A model generated the notes under the pieces. It was given only the letters and a program-made list of their open reading frames with translations, had not been told where the DNA came from and searched no databases. DNA of 63,979 nucleotides, the filler included, from Reclinomonas americana ATCC 50394 (lineage: Eukaryota), in the NCBI GenBank assembly GCA_048213135.1. It is 5 parts of 4 records of this genome, joined end to end, with 100 filler letters (N's around TTAATTAATTAA, not from the genome) between each part and the next. Parts side by side here need not be neighbours in the genome. Positions count along the whole stretch, not along the records: positions 62,379 to 63,979 come from PS015316.1; 4 more parts are not named here. One strand, 5' to 3'. Shown in pieces: positions 62,420-63,979 of the stretch. Made by a program: the position numbers and the translations under genes. How positions within the stretch are numbered: position 1 is the stretch's first letter; each line of letters opens with the position of its first letter.

Positions 62420-63152
62420 TGTTCCAGTCGCCACCACCAAAGCGCTCCGGATCGCGCATACCCTGCACATCCACCAGCAGCTCGTCGTTCTTGTCCAGAA
62501 TGACCTGCGTGGCGAGCTCGACTGGCGTCACCACGCGCTGCATAATTGTAAAGTGAGTCGACAAGCTCACTGGCACGGAATTCGCAGTCGCCACAACACA
62601 CACCGGTGTGGATCCCACAATCTCTGTTCTCCGCTGCAGAGTCGGCAGGGCGTCCTTGACCTCGTAGAACACCAGGTGCTTGAACAGGTACTGCGTGGCG
62701 AAGACGCATGAGCGCCAACACAGCTGCGCATGATTGTCAACAAAAAAAAAACAGACAAACCTGCATGTCATTCTTCGGCTCCACTCCGCGCGGAATGTCC
62801 ATCACCACGCGCGAGAACACAAACACCGCCACCTCGTTGTGCTCGCGGTACTGCAGCACACGCGTCGAGAACGTCTCGTCGTACTTGGGAGTGCGCTTCT
62901 GCAGCAACACGTCGCGCGAGGAGGCATGCACTTTTTGGATTTGAATGTCTGTGCATTGTTCGTGTGAGCAACGTCACCACGGGGGAGGATCACAAAAACC
63001 CACACGCAACATTGGCCATCGCTGTGTCTCAACTCGTCCGTGACCACATCCTTTGGTGACATGATTTCGGCGTTCGGGAACTTGGTGGTGATGCGGCGCT
63101 GGAACTCGGTTGGGCTCTCCAATTCGGCGCCGCGGTAGATGAACTCGCGGTT
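62420..63152 (-). CDS. DOCK-family Rac/Cdc42 GEF, DHR2 exons (fragment)
   Basis: NREFIYRGAELESPTEFQRRITTKFPNAEIM...DGQ-YIQIQKV...FVFSR...LPTLQRRTEIV...TPVELATQVILDKNDEL. Confidence 0.85.
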
Positions 63153-63979
63153 CTGCAATGCGAGGGTGGAGATAAGAGAAGGAGAGGAGAGAATGGGGAA
63201 ATGGAGGAAGAGAGAAAGGATGAAGAAAGGGAAGAAGAGGGCGAGATTGGGAGACGAAAAGGTAAGAGAAGGGCGAAGAAGGACATGAGATGCAGCGAAG
63301 TGCAGAGATAGATAGACGAATGGAGAAAGGTAGACAAGGGAGGCATGAATAAAGCTGACGCTCTAAGAACAGACATACGATATCGTCCACCCTCACGTCG
63401 TTGCAACAAACGCGGGGATGAGATATGGAAACAGAGAAAGAAACTAAGTCAGAGGTCGTGAATTGAACAGAGAAATGAGACAGGAGGATCAGATCGCAGA
63501 GTGAGAAGAGAACAGCAGGTGTGCAAGGATCTGCAAGCACAACAGACGAGAAAAACATTGTTCACAGAGACAAGGCAACACGCCAGGGCGAAGATTTGAG
63601 AGACACGAAAAAACCAGGCGAACGATCATTCGACGTTGTGAAATATCTGGCACAAACGGCAGGTGCATGCAGCTACAAGAACAAGAGAAGAAAGATTGTT
63701 CACACTCGAGACGTCACAACGACTGCGGATACAAGAAATGGAAAGCAGAGAACAAAAACGGAGTGGCAGAGGTCGTAAACTGAGATGTACAAGGTGCGTG
63801 AGAGGATAAGAGAGGGAGAGAGAGAGAGAGAGGAAGGGAGGGAGGAGAGTAGAAGGTGGGAGGGAGGGAGAGTAGGAGGTGGAGAGAGAGGAGGAGGAAG
63901 GAAAGAAGGAGAGAGAGAGAGGAGAGAGAGAGAGAGGAAGAGAGACAGAGAGAGTAGGGAGAGAGAGAGAGAAGGTAAA

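Overview
Gene-dense, intron-rich nuclear DNA from a microbial eukaryote in a gapped draft assembly. It uses the standard genetic code, has mostly ~55-170 nt GT-AG introns with CTGAC/CTCAC-type branch points, and contains many microsatellites. Artificial TTAATTAATTAA spacers join five scaffolds, and at least four small contigs appear inserted in reverse orientation. Genes spliced by hand: SRP14, two tandem GH16 glucanases, an AlkD-like glycosylase, a CRT10-like WD40 protein, an ABCG transporter, RPL23, AKTIP-like, TMBIM-like, NT-C2, CDKL, CK1, a pseudokinase, malonyl-CoA decarboxylase, a RUN/Rubicon-homology protein, SPT16, PSMD3, a beta-helix protein, an Sfi1-repeat-like protein and a DOCK GEF. 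There are also tRNA-Thr(AGT), tRNA-Asp(GTC) and a MITE-like element. The main result is a second, abundant class of 5' splice site. About 32 donors read GTTGCG(T)/GTTGAGT/GTTTCGT/GTTGTGT, which is the local consensus (GTGCGT/GTGAGT/GTGTGT) displaced by one nucleotide. About 29 of them follow an exon that does not end in G. This suggests systematic shifted or bulged U1 pairing, or a variant U1/U6. All counts are hand counts and approximate.
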